A stretch of 64,000 nt of DNA from Gammaproteobacteria bacterium (lineage in GTDB: Bacteria; Pseudomonadota; Gammaproteobacteria; Ga0077536). Under the pieces are notes generated by a model, which was given only the letters and a program-made list of their open reading frames with translations, was not told the DNA's origin and did no database searches. The stretch spans positions 50,408-114,407 of the forward strand of contig JAYODW010000004.1 in NCBI GenBank assembly GCA_038116745.1, written 5' to 3'. Below, in pieces: positions 20,689-30,529 of this stretch. The first letter of the stretch is position 1. The number at the start of each line of letters is the position of its first letter. A program made the translations under genes and the position numbers.

Positions 20689-21540
20689 TCAGGTCGCACC
20701 GATGAGACCGTGCCGTTCGAGGAACGCGCGCACGACCCCGTTGAATTTCTCCGCATTCTCGCGGAACAGGAAATGGCTGCCGCATTCAGCCGATGAAAAT
20801 ATCGACAGCTGCGCACCGGGGATCCGATCCGCGATCCAGCGCGCGGCCTCGGCCGGGAAAATAGTCGCCAGCTCCCCGCCGAAAACCAGCACCGGTAGAT
20901 CAAGCTCAGGCACAAGATGCTCGATCACATCGCGCCAGTCCTGCGCGCCGTGGTCGCGCAGCAGCCGCGCTGCATAAGCCGCGGGCAGGCACTGGCTCTC
21001 CTCCACACAGCGGGCGAAGTCTTCATCTGAAACTGAACTGCTGAAAAACGCCGGCTTCAGACGCTGCAGCAGATCGGCCTGATCCGTCTCCACCGCGAGC
21101 GCGGTGGCGAAAAGGCTGTCGGCGGTGAAAGCTACACCGGCACTCAGGCGCTCGCTGTCTGACAGGCCACCCGGGTCGGTCACCATCGGCGCCTGATCGA
21201 TGAAGATCACCGCACTGAGACGCTCGCGCCCGAACTGCTCGAGATAGCTCCACACTACTGCCGCCCCCATCGAATGACCGCAGAGAACAACCTCGTCAAG
21301 CGCCTGTGCTTCGAGGAATTCGCAGACGTCCCGCGCCAGCCGTGCAACACGATAGCCATGGGCAGGCTTGGGCGATCGACCATGCCCGCGCAGGTCGAGC
21401 GCGATAACCCGACAACTGTCACTGAGCCCCTCCAGCTGGTGGTGATATGACCAGGTGGTCTGCGACCAGCCCGGCAGCAGCACCAGCGGCCGCCCCTGTC
21501 CGCGCGCCTCGTAAAACAAATCGATTGTCATCTGCCTCAT
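20689..21540 (-). CDS. alpha/beta hydrolase
   Basis: GHSMGA nucleophile elbow. HGRS motif. Confidence 0.75.
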   Translation of the reverse strand: MRQMTIDLFYEARGQGRPLVLLPGWSQTTWSYHHQLEGLSDSCRVIALDLRGHGRSPKPAHGYRVARLARDVCEFLEAQALDEVVLCGHSMGAAVVWSYLEQFGRERLSAVIFIDQAPMVTDPGGLSDSERLSAGVAFTADSLFATALAVETDQADLLQRLKPAFFSSSVSDEDFARCVEESQCLPAAYAARLLRDHGAQDWRDVIEHLVPELDLPVLVFGGELATIFPAEAARWIADRIPGAQLSIFSSAECGSHFLFRENAEKFNGVVRAFLERHGLIGAT

Positions 21541-21637
21541 CCCCCAGCAACTGACGACCCCACCAGGGGCCGTGCTTAATGTAGCGTGAAGGGGAGCATG
21601 GACCAGATCCGCGCCGGGACCCGCGGCAACCGCATGA

Positions 21638-22138
21638 CTAGAGTGTTGCGTGTCGTGCCTGAAGGATGGAGTTCAGACCACCTCGCGCACGCTGGTAGCG
21701 CGCCGGAAAGGCGCTCCAGGCGTGCGTCCAGGCGGCTTCCGTGTGGCGCTGCGCCAGCTCGTCAGGGATCTCGACCGCATCAAACCCGACCGCACGGAGC
21801 TGCATTGCCTGGTCGGGGATCAGAGGCCCGCGCGCGCGCAGTTCTGCCCGGTAGCCGAGCTCACGCAGCGCACTGCCGCAGGAGAACCCGCGGCCATCAA
21901 AGGCTGCAGAGAACTCAACCACTATCAGCGCAAGGTGACCGAACCAGTCGGTCAGCCAGGCGCCGGGTTCAGTCGCCGGAAGGAGCACCCCGAAGCCGGA
22001 CGGCCACACGGACCGCGCAGCCAGGCCTGCGCCCTCCAGTTCTGCGGCGGCGATCAGCTGACCGGAACGCGGAACGGCAGATGAGACCTCAGACCAGCTG
22101 ACAGCCTCGCTGGCAAAACGACCGTCAACAACGAGCAT
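21638..22138 (-). CDS. DUF934 domain protein (sulfite-reductase-associated)
   Basis: 166 aa. Positioned immediately downstream of, and overlapping by 14 nt with, the sulfite reductase gene, the characteristic DUF934 context. Confidence 0.65.
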   Translation of the reverse strand: MLVVDGRFASEAVSWSEVSSAVPRSGQLIAAAELEGAGLAARSVWPSGFGVLLPATEPGAWLTDWFGHLALIVVEFSAAFDGRGFSCGSALRELGYRAELRARGPLIPDQAMQLRAVGFDAVEIPDELAQRHTEAAWTHAWSAFPARYQRARGGLNSILQARHATL

Positions 22139-23789
22139 CGCGGCTGCCCTCGCGGAAACTGCTGACCCCGAGGCGGCGCACCGTGGCGATAAACGTTTCG
22201 CCGGGCTCGCGTTCGGCCCGGTAGTGCTGCACCAGCCGCGCGACGGTCTCTACCGCCTCGTCCTCGGTGACCGCCGGCCCCAGACGCTCGCCGATGGCAG
22301 CGCCGTCGCCGGACTCACCACCGACAGTCAGCTGAAAGAACTCCCGGCCACCCTTTTCCACCCCGAGAATGCCGATGTTTGCCGCATGGTGATGACCGCA
22401 GGCGTTCATGCAGCCCGAGATCCTGATCGACAGCGGTCCGATGTCGTCCGCGTCGACCGGATCCTGGAAGTGCTGGACGAGACTCTGTGCAAGCGGGATA
22501 GAACGGGCGTTCGCCAGGCTGCAGTAGTCGAGCCCCGGACAGGCGATGACATCTGACGCCAGACCCTGATCGGCGGCCTGCAGCTCGAGCGCAGCCAGCG
22601 CTCGCCAGAGTGCCGGCAGCTGCGCCGTGGTGACGTAGGGCAGAACCAGATTCTGGGCATGCGTGACGCGACACTCGCCGCATGAGAACCGCTCGACTAG
22701 GTCAGCCAGCGCGCGCATGCGCGCTGCATCAAGATCGCCGGGGGCCTGCCCGACGCCTTTCAGTGTGATGGTGACCGCAGCGTGATCGGGCAGACGGTGC
22801 GGATGCACGTTGTGGCGCAGCCAGCGTCGGAAATCCGGCGGGCTCCCGGCCTCGGCGGCGCTCACGGTCGGCAGCAGCACTGGACCCGAGCCCACCGGTG
22901 CTGCCGCGGAAAACAGGGTGCACAGCCGCTCGTACTCGGCTGCAACGTTTGCCGCCTGCTCCGCTGCGTCCGGCCTCTCGGCCGAGTCCACCGCAGCGCG
23001 GAAAGCGTCGAGCCCCAGATCCTTAAGCAGGATCTTGATCCGCGCTTTGTATTTGTTGTCGCGGCGCCCGTGCAGGTTATAGACGCGCAGCACCGCTTCC
23101 AGCCGCGACAGCAGGCGGGTCAGCGGCACGAAACTGTCCAGCACCTGTCCGATAGCGGGCGTACGTCCCTGCCCGCCGCCCACCAGCAGCTGGCAGCCGA
23201 GCGTGCCCTGCGCGTCCCGCTGGAGGCGCAGGCCGATGTCATGAAAGCGGACCGCCGCGCGGTCGACTTTCGCGCCGGTGAGCGCCAGCTTGAACTTGCG
23301 CGGCAGAAACGCGAACTCGGGATGGAAGGTCGACCACTGGCGCAGCAGCTCCGCCAGCGGCCGCGGATCGGCAATTTCATCCGCCGCGACGCCGGCCAGC
23401 GGGTCGCAGGTGATATTGCGGATACAGTTGCCTGAAGTCTGGATCGCGTGCAGGTCGACCGCGGCCAGGGTGTCGAGCAGGTCCGGCACGGAATCCAGTG
23501 CCAGCCAGTTGAACTGGATGTTCTGGCGCGTGGTGAAGTGGCCGTAACCGCGGTCGAACCGCTCGGCGACGTCAGCCAGCGCGCGCAGCTGGCGCGCGGC
23601 CAGCACACCGTAGGGGATCGCCACCCGCAGCATGTAGGCGTGCCGCTGCAGATACAGTCCGTTCTGCAGGCGCAGTGGCGCGAACTCCTCGTCGGTCAGG
23701 CGACCGGCGCGATACCGCTCAATCTGATCACGGAACTGCGCCACCCGCTCGACAACGAGCGCGCGATCGTATTCATCGTAGCGATACAT
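22125..23789 (-). CDS. cysI: sulfite reductase hemoprotein (ferredoxin-type nitrite/sulfite reductase family)
   Basis: Two NIR_SIR ferredoxin-like halves plus a siroheme/4Fe-4S Cys cluster (CPGLDYC...SGCMNACGHH). Start ATG 23787-23789 (MYRYDEYD) lies 4 nt after the cysG stop. The track start at 23831 overlaps cysG. Confidence 0.85.
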   Translation of the reverse strand: MYRYDEYDRALVVERVAQFRDQIERYRAGRLTDEEFAPLRLQNGLYLQRHAYMLRVAIPYGVLAARQLRALADVAERFDRGYGHFTTRQNIQFNWLALDSVPDLLDTLAAVDLHAIQTSGNCIRNITCDPLAGVAADEIADPRPLAELLRQWSTFHPEFAFLPRKFKLALTGAKVDRAAVRFHDIGLRLQRDAQGTLGCQLLVGGGQGRTPAIGQVLDSFVPLTRLLSRLEAVLRVYNLHGRRDNKYKARIKILLKDLGLDAFRAAVDSAERPDAAEQAANVAAEYERLCTLFSAAAPVGSGPVLLPTVSAAEAGSPPDFRRWLRHNVHPHRLPDHAAVTITLKGVGQAPGDLDAARMRALADLVERFSCGECRVTHAQNLVLPYVTTAQLPALWRALAALELQAADQGLASDVIACPGLDYCSLANARSIPLAQSLVQHFQDPVDADDIGPLSIRISGCMNACGHHHAANIGILGVEKGGREFFQLTVGGESGDGAAIGERLGPAVTEDEAVETVARLVQHYRAEREPGETFIATVRRLGVSSFREGSRDARC

Positions 23790-23793
23790 GACC

Positions 23794-25209
23794 TCAGCCC
23801 CCGTTTGCCGCACACAGTGGCACGCGCCCACCTTCCGCCTGCGCTGCTGAGAACATCCGCCCCTGCAGTCCGATAAGCAGCACGGCCGGTCCGGCTATCC
23901 CCTCGATCTCGAGGGTCTCCGCCAGTTGCCCGAGCGAGGTATTAATCAGACGCTGCGCCGGCCGCGAAACCTGCTCGGCCACCAGGACCGGCGTCGTCGG
24001 TGCCGCACCGTGCAACAGCAGGCGCCCCTGCACAAAGCGGGCTGCGCGGACACCCATGTACACCGCCACGCTCTGCGTGCCGGTGGCCAGGGCGCGCCAG
24101 TCATGTTCCGCATAGCCATCTGCGTCCTGCGCCGTCAGAAAAACCAGCGCCCGGTTGCGCCCGCGTCGCGTCAGTGAAGCCGCTGCGGTGGCGGCCGCCG
24201 CGGCCGCCGCCGCGACCCCGGGGTCGCTGTCGTACGCCCGCGCCGCCGCGTCAAGGGCGGCCATCTCTTCGTCGGCGCGCCCGAATACCCTCGGATCACC
24301 GGATTTCAGGCGCACAACCTCAGCACCGGTCCGGGCATGGGCGACCAGCGCCTGGTTGATGTCCTGCTGCCGCCAGCTTTCCCCGTCAGGACGTTTACCG
24401 ACCTCCACAAGACGGGCATCCCGTCGGGCAAGATCGAGCACCCGCGGGTCGACCAGACGGTCGTAAAGCACGACATCTGCCGCTTCGAGCCGCTGCCGGG
24501 CACGCAGGGTAAGCAGATCCGGGTCGCCGGGTCCGGCGCCGACCAGGCTGACCCGGCCCTGGCACTGCGCCTCCGGTGCCGCGGAGCGCAGGTGTGTCTG
24601 AAAAAAGCGTCGGGCCTGCGCTGCACCTTCCAGACGTAGCCGCCGGAGACCTTCGCCGGCGAAGAAACGACGCCAGAAGCGCCGTTGCGCCGAGGGTTCA
24701 AGCCCGCTCCTGACCGCCGGCCGCAGCTGCCTGGCGAGTCGGGCCAGGTTGCCGGTATCTGCGGGCAGAAGCTGCTCAATCCGCGACTTAAGGGTCCGCA
24801 CCAGGCTTGGCGCGCAGCCTTCGCTGCCAATCGCCACCACAACCGGATCACGATCGATGAGAGCGGCGGAGATGAAATCCGAACTACCCTGATCGTCAAC
24901 GACATTGAGCGGTACACCCAGCGCCCGACAGCGGGACGCCAGTCCCCGGCTGAGAGCAACGTCTTCCAGCGCGATATATACCAGTGCAGCCGCACGCAGT
25001 GCGTCATCTTCCGGCACACCCGCATACACGCGCATGCGCGCTGGATCGATACCGCTGGACGTCGCAAGAGGCGTCTCTCCAGCGAGATAGACATGGATCT
25101 CTGCCGGCGTCCTGAGAAGCATGCGCAGCTTGCCGCACGCGGCGACCCCACCACCGATGACAACGACCCGGCGTCCCTGCAGATCAAAAAACAGCGGTAG
25201 ATATCTCAT
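23794..25209 (-). CDS. cysG: siroheme synthase (precorrin-2 dehydrogenase/ferrochelatase + uroporphyrinogen-III C-methyltransferase)
   Basis: N-terminal Rossmann segment (VVVIGGGVAA) and C-terminal methyltransferase (VSLVGAGPGDPDLLTLRA). 471 aa. Confidence 0.85.
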   Translation of the reverse strand: MRYLPLFFDLQGRRVVVIGGGVAACGKLRMLLRTPAEIHVYLAGETPLATSSGIDPARMRVYAGVPEDDALRAAALVYIALEDVALSRGLASRCRALGVPLNVVDDQGSSDFISAALIDRDPVVVAIGSEGCAPSLVRTLKSRIEQLLPADTGNLARLARQLRPAVRSGLEPSAQRRFWRRFFAGEGLRRLRLEGAAQARRFFQTHLRSAAPEAQCQGRVSLVGAGPGDPDLLTLRARQRLEAADVVLYDRLVDPRVLDLARRDARLVEVGKRPDGESWRQQDINQALVAHARTGAEVVRLKSGDPRVFGRADEEMAALDAAARAYDSDPGVAAAAAAAATAAASLTRRGRNRALVFLTAQDADGYAEHDWRALATGTQSVAVYMGVRAARFVQGRLLLHGAAPTTPVLVAEQVSRPAQRLINTSLGQLAETLEIEGIAGPAVLLIGLQGRMFSAAQAEGGRVPLCAANGG

Positions 25210-25892
25210 GCAACCACTTCCTGGACCCCGGTCTCACCACCCGCCATCGTCATCAGGCCGCACTCAAGCGCAGGTCCGGGCTTCGTCGGGTCGTCGTAGT
25301 CGCTGTTGTCAGGGATCCCGTGCCGCTCGAGATAGGACTCGATATCGCTCGAGCCCCAGTCGAGCAGCGGTGCCACGCGGCGCGTCTCCTCCGGTCCGTC
25401 AGAAATCCCGCGAAGGGTGCTGCGGTAGGCGGTCTGCTCACGGCGGATCCCGGTGAACCAGTAGTCAACGTCGAGCGCTTTCAGCGCGCGGCGGAACGGT
25501 TCGAGCTTTACCTCTCTCACGAAGTCCTCAAACCCCTCGTGCTGCGGACGCGGCACCCCGCCGCTCAGCGCCAGGCGTCGCGCCGGCGTGACCGCGGCGC
25601 TGAACACATGCAGGTGGAGCTGCCAGTCGCGGCACAGGCGCTCAACATATCGATAGGTCGCCGGCGTGTTGTAGCCGGTATCAACCCAGATGATCGGCAG
25701 CCCGGGCGCCTCCCGCTGCAGCAGATGCAGCAACGCGGCAGAGCCGGGCCGGAAATTGGTAGCCACCGCAGGGCGCCGCGCCTCCTGCAGGATCCGGGTA
25801 ATCAGGCGCACAGCCGTGCACTCCAGCGTGCTGCGATGGTGGCGAACGTGGCTGCCTGCCGCGGTTCCGGCAGCGCTTGCTGACTGTTGCAT
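25206..25892 (-). CDS. cysH: phosphoadenylyl-sulfate (PAPS) reductase
   Basis: PAPS_reduct fold with C-terminal ECGLM(H)-type motif and no CC pair, so PAPS-type rather than APS-type. The stop overlaps the cysG start (ATGA). Confidence 0.8.
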   Translation of the reverse strand: MQQSASAAGTAAGSHVRHHRSTLECTAVRLITRILQEARRPAVATNFRPGSAALLHLLQREAPGLPIIWVDTGYNTPATYRYVERLCRDWQLHLHVFSAAVTPARRLALSGGVPRPQHEGFEDFVREVKLEPFRRALKALDVDYWFTGIRREQTAYRSTLRGISDGPEETRRVAPLLDWGSSDIESYLERHGIPDNSDYDDPTKPGPALECGLMTMAGGETGVQEVVA

Positions 25893-26114
25893 TCGTTGAT
25901 CTCCGCTGGCGTAAGCGAGGCGCGGAGTGTGGCGAAAGCGGCCGTGAAGCAGAAAGAATTTATCCGGCTAAGTTAATTCCGTCTGGCTATATACACGCCG
26001 ATCCTCGACAGGTCTCGAGACCGCTCACGCTGGCGGCGCAGACCAGGATCCGCATGCCGCGGAGCGTGTAGTACAGTCGTCGCAGAACCATGTCGATCGC
26101 GGGAGGACGACATC
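25893..26114. promoter_or_regulatory. divergent intergenic region between cysH operon and BVMO gene (putative promoters)
   Basis: 222-bp AT-richer spacer between divergently transcribed genes. Inferred only. Confidence 0.3.
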
Positions 26115-27938
26115 ATGAGCAGCAAAGCACCAGCGTTCACTCTGCCCACCAGCGAAGAGCTCGGCTTCGACCCGAGCGAACTGCGACGCCGCTATGCCGA
26201 AGAGCGGGACAAGCGCCTGCGTCCGGAAGGCAACGACCAGTATCGCGAGGTGACTGGAGACCTCGAGCGCTACAACGTCGATCCCTACATTGCAGCGCCA
26301 ATCGTGCGCGAACCGGTGCAGGAAACCGTCAACACAATCATCATCGGCGGCGGTTTTGGTGGCCTGCTTGCGGCCGCCCGCCTGCAGGAAGCCGGCATCG
26401 AGGAGATCCGCATTATCGAGAAAGCCGGAGATTTCGGCGGCACCTGGTACTGGAACCGATATCCCGGGGCGCAGTGCGACATCGAATCCTACGTTTACCT
26501 GCCGCTGCTCGAGGAGGTCGGCTACATGCCGCAAGAAAAATACTCCTACGCGCCTGAGATCCTGGAGCACGCGCACCGCATCGGCCGACATTTCGACCTG
26601 TACGGCAAAACCTACTTTCAGACGCAGATCCTCGACATGCGTTGGGACGATGCCACCAGCGAGTGGATAGTCAGGTCCGACCGTGGCGACGAGCTCCGTG
26701 CCCGTTACGTCATCATGTGCAGCGGCCCTCTGAATCGGCCGAAACTGCCCGGTATCCCTGGTGTGGAAAGCTTCCAGGGTCACACCTTTCACACCAGCCG
26801 CTGGGACTACGAATACACGGGGGGTGACTCCAGCGGAGGTATGCACAAGCTCGCCGACAAGCGCGTCGGCATCATCGGCACCGGCGCTACCGCTATTCAG
26901 TGCGTCCCCTATCTTGGCCAGACCGCGCAGCAGCTTTTCGTTTTCCAGCGCACGCCCTCAGCCATCGACGAGCGCGGCAATACGCCGACCGACCCCGCCT
27001 GGGCCGAAAGCCTGAAACCCGGCTGGCAGGCTGAGCGCAATCTCAACTTCGTCTCCATCCTGAGCGGGATCCCGCAGGAAGAAGACCTGGTCAACGATCG
27101 CTGGACGGATCTCTTTAAAGCGCTGGCAAAGCTCCTCGCTGCCGGCAGTAACGATGAGATGTCGATGGCCGATGTGGCCGCGATGTCGGAGATCGCGGAC
27201 TACCGCAAGATGAACGACATCCGCGCGCGGGTCGCGCGCTCGGTGACCGATCCGGAGGCTGCCGAGGCGCTCAAGCCCTGGTACCGCCAGTGGTGCAAAC
27301 GACCCACTTTCAATGACGAATTTCTGCCGACCTTCAACCGCCCGAACGTGACTCTGGTCGATACCCACGGCCAGGGGCCGGACCGTATCACCGAGCGCGG
27401 CGTGGTGGTCGACGGCGTGGAGTACGAACTCGACTGCCTGATCTTCGCCACAGGGTTCGAGGTTGGCACCGCTTATACCCGGCGCTCGGAATTCGAAGTT
27501 TACGGGCGCGACGGGCAGTCCCTGTCAGACTACTGGGCGGACGGCATGCGGACGTTCCACGGCTTCCACAGCCATGGTTTCCCCAACTGCTTCCATATGG
27601 GTCTGACCCAGACCGGTCTCGCGCCGAACTTCACCTACATGCTTGAAGGCCAGGCGACGCATATTGCACACATCATTCAGGAAATGGCGCAGCGTGACCT
27701 GACCTGTGTCGAGGCGACGCCGACTGCTGAACAGGACTGGGTCAACCTGGTGCACCAGCCGAACTTCATGTCCGACTACCTGGCCCACTGCACGCCCGGG
27801 TACTACAACAACGAAGGCCAGCAGGGTACTAACCACGGCTTCTTCGAGAACATCTACGGCGAGGGAGCGGTCCAGTTTTATCAGCTGCTGGAGCGCTGGC
27901 GTGAAGAAGGCTCGATGAGCGGACTGACTCTGACCTGA
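26115..27938 (+). CDS. Baeyer-Villiger monooxygenase (type I flavin-containing, NADPH)
   Basis: FAD site (IIIGGGFGG), BVMO fingerprint FxGxxxHxxxW (FQGHTFHTSRW), second Rossmann (GIIGTGATA). 607 aa. Confidence 0.85.
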   Translation: MSSKAPAFTLPTSEELGFDPSELRRRYAEERDKRLRPEGNDQYREVTGDLERYNVDPYIAAPIVREPVQETVNTIIIGGGFGGLLAAARLQEAGIEEIRIIEKAGDFGGTWYWNRYPGAQCDIESYVYLPLLEEVGYMPQEKYSYAPEILEHAHRIGRHFDLYGKTYFQTQILDMRWDDATSEWIVRSDRGDELRARYVIMCSGPLNRPKLPGIPGVESFQGHTFHTSRWDYEYTGGDSSGGMHKLADKRVGIIGTGATAIQCVPYLGQTAQQLFVFQRTPSAIDERGNTPTDPAWAESLKPGWQAERNLNFVSILSGIPQEEDLVNDRWTDLFKALAKLLAAGSNDEMSMADVAAMSEIADYRKMNDIRARVARSVTDPEAAEALKPWYRQWCKRPTFNDEFLPTFNRPNVTLVDTHGQGPDRITERGVVVDGVEYELDCLIFATGFEVGTAYTRRSEFEVYGRDGQSLSDYWADGMRTFHGFHSHGFPNCFHMGLTQTGLAPNFTYMLEGQATHIAHIIQEMAQRDLTCVEATPTAEQDWVNLVHQPNFMSDYLAHCTPGYYNNEGQQGTNHGFFENIYGEGAVQFYQLLERWREEGSMSGLTLT

Positions 27939-28126
27939 ACTGCGGCCACTGCAGCATCGCCCGGCGCGAGCAGAGCCCGCCGCGTCGGCCGCTCCAGGAA
28001 ACGCCTCCAGCTGGCCGCGCAGCCTGCCGTGCTGGATGAAGTCAGCACCAGCCTGCGCTCGGGCAAAGCAACGGTGGCCTGAGCAGACAGGCCGCATGAA
28101 AAGCGGCCGGTCCGTTCAGGTCCCGC

Positions 28127-28570
28127 TCAGGTGCCGTGGCGGTCAGCGACCATGCGCAGGGCCACACGCAGGTGTGAGTATTTCCACTCCCCGTTGACCT
28201 TCACGTAATCATCGTCATAGCGCAGCGCAAACCACTTTTCCTCACCGGTTTCTGCATAGGTCCACGGACCCATGATGTACCAGACCCCGGTCGCCCGATC
28301 ACCGTTGACCTCGATGCGCGGGTTCATGATGTTGTGCTGGGAAAAGCTGAACATCTTGCGGAAATTCGCAAACAAATCCCGGATCTCGGCGTGCCCTACG
28401 GCCTTACCAAAATCATCGCTTTCCCAGATCCCGTCCTCCACAAAAACCCCGGTTACCCGGTCAGGGTTGTGCAGGTCGTCGCAGATTTCGCAGTACAGCG
28501 CTTTCAGCTGCTTGATCGCTTCGATGTCTTCAAGTCGGGTAATGCGTTGCTCAAGTGCGCTCTGATCCAT
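28127..28570 (-). CDS. SnoaL-like / NTF2-fold protein
   Basis: 147 aa with the NTF2-like pattern. Confidence 0.65.
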   Translation of the reverse strand: MDQSALEQRITRLEDIEAIKQLKALYCEICDDLHNPDRVTGVFVEDGIWESDDFGKAVGHAEIRDLFANFRKMFSFSQHNIMNPRIEVNGDRATGVWYIMGPWTYAETGEEKWFALRYDDDYVKVNGEWKYSHLRVALRMVADRHGT

Positions 28571-28713
28571 GTGATTCTCCCCTGTTGATGGAACACGCTG
28601 CTCTCGAATGGCTTACGCCACGAGCCGACTCAATGTACCCCATCGCACGGCCGCAACCGACGCGCTGCAGACGAGCATTGGCAGCTTTCATCCGCACGCG
28701 GCCTGCCCCGGTG

Positions 28714-29886
28714 TCAGCCCCGACCGGCGTAGAGCGCAAGCTCGTAATCAACCAGGGTGCTCAGCACCTGCGGGTCATTAGCCGGCAGCAGCTGCATCAT
28801 CAACACAGCGGTCAGGCTGCGTTTGGGATCGATCCAGAAAAACGTGTTGTGCACCCCCGCCCAGGTCAGGCTGTAGGCACCCCGTCCGCCGGGAACGTCC
28901 TCGGTATTGAGCAGAAAAGACAGTCCCCAACGCTTCACCTGGCCAGGGAACATCTCCACCGGCAGCGCCATCGCGGGGTTGTCGCTCTCGAATTTGGGTA
29001 CCTCGATCTCACCGATCGAGTTTTCGGCCATCAGTGCGACGGTTTCGGGTTTCAACACGCGCTGGCCGTCGAGCTGGCCGCCACCGAGCAGCATACGGGT
29101 GAAGCGCAGATAGTCGGCAGCGGTCGAATACAGGCCGCCACCGCCCATCTGGAAATCCCCATCTGCAGGAAACTCAAACTCCAGACGACTGAGCCTGCCC
29201 TCGGGATCACGCGCCGCGGCGTCCACCAGCCGGTCCTTCATGTCTTCGCGCAGATCAAACGCGGTATCGCGCATGCTCAGCGGCGCAAACAGATTGTCCT
29301 CGAGAAAAGCGCCGAGTTTCTGGCCGCTGACAATCTCCACCAGACGTCCGGCCCAGTCGATACCGATGCCGTATTCCCAAGCGCTGCCCGGATCGAACAC
29401 CAGCGGGGCGCGCAGCGAATCGAAGCTGCACGTGGTGATCGACGGCAGGCCCGCATGCTCCATGAAGCGCCCGACCTGGGCATTGAACAGGTCGTACGAG
29501 TACCCAGAGGTATGGGTCAGCAGGTGACGCAGGGTGATATCTCTGGCCGGGGCGCGCGTCTGTGGCGATCCATCCGGCGCAAAGCCCTCAAGTACGCAGG
29601 CCTCGCCAAGCTCGGGCGCGACAGTTTTCATTGGCTCATCAAGCGCCAGCAGGCCGCGCTCGACGAGCAGCATGGCCGCAGTCGCGGTAATTGCCTTGGT
29701 CATCGACGCAATGCGGAAAACCGAGTCAGTCTGCATGGCCACGTCCCGCTCGGGGCCCGTTACGCCGTGGGCACTTTCGTGAATAACACCGTCGGCGTCA
29801 GCAGCCATGGCCACAACCCCGGGGACGGCCCCGGAAGCGACGGCTCCTTCCAAAAGGTCTGCAATCTTCTGGTTCATGCGGATTCT
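28714..29886 (-). CDS. serine hydrolase, beta-lactamase-related esterase family
   Basis: S-x-x-K motif (ASMTK). Start ATG 29886 (MNQKIADLLEG) has an AGGAGA RBS 6 nt upstream. The track start at 30030 lies upstream. Confidence 0.75.
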   Translation of the reverse strand, partial: RIRMNQKIADLLEGAVASGAVPGVVAMAADADGVIHESAHGVTGPERDVAMQTDSVFRIASMTKAITATAAMLLVERGLLALDEPMKTVAPELGEACVLEGFAPDGSPQTRAPARDITLRHLLTHTSGYSYDLFNAQVGRFMEHAGLPSITTCSFDSLRAPLVFDPGSAWEYGIGIDWAGRLVEIVSGQKLGAFLEDNLFAPLSMRDTAFDLREDMKDRLVDAAARDPEGRLSRLEFEFPADGDFQMGGGGLYSTAADYLRFTRMLLGGGQLDGQRVLKPETVALMAENSIGEIEVPKFESDNPAMALPVEMFPGQVKRWGLSFLLNTEDVPGGRGAYSLTWAGVHNTFFWIDPKRSLTAVLMMQLLPANDPQVLSTLVDYELALYAGRG

Positions 29887-30051
29887 CCTGTGCATTGAAT
29901 AAGGCCGGCGGCCATGAAGCATGGCAGTGGTATTCGCGATCGTGAGTGCTTGTGCGGGCACTGGCTCGCGCTGCGTACTGCGGGGTCTGTCAGAAGCGGT
30001 CCCCGTCTCTCGTCTTCGCCACGGAGACAAACCGACGAGGTTCCTGGAGAG

Positions 30052-30516
30052 TCAGCCGATCGCTTCGCGGCAGCGCACCATGCCCAGGGTGTTCATGGTC
30101 ATCACCGTCCGGTCGTCCTGATTTAGTACTTCCACCCGCGAGCGCAGGATCCCGCGGTCCGGTTTCGAGCGCGAGCGACGGGTTTCCACCACGGTCACGC
30201 GGGCGCGCAGGATATCTCCCGGACGTACCGGTATGAGCCAGCGGATCTCATCAACGCCCGGCGAGCCAAGGCCCGCCACGGACGAAACATAGTGATCCAC
30301 CAGCATGCGCATGAGCATGGCGCAGGTGTGCCACCCGCTCGTAATCAAGCCCCCGAAAGGAGACTCGCGAGCAGCCTCGGCATCAATATGGAAGGGCTGC
30401 GGATCGTATCGGCCGGCAAATTCGACCAGCTCCCGTTCGGACACCACCGAGTGTCCAAACTCGTGGACTTCGCCCTCGACGTAGTCCTCGAAATATCGAT
30501 CCTGCGGAGGGCGCAC
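30052..30516 (-). CDS. MaoC-like (R)-hydratase/dehydratase, hot-dog fold
   Basis: 154 aa with the MaoC pattern. Confidence 0.75.
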   Translation of the reverse strand: MRPPQDRYFEDYVEGEVHEFGHSVVSERELVEFAGRYDPQPFHIDAEAARESPFGGLITSGWHTCAMLMRMLVDHYVSSVAGLGSPGVDEIRWLIPVRPGDILRARVTVVETRRSRSKPDRGILRSRVEVLNQDDRTVMTMNTLGMVRCREAIG

Positions 30517-30529
30517 CGTGTTGCTCGGC

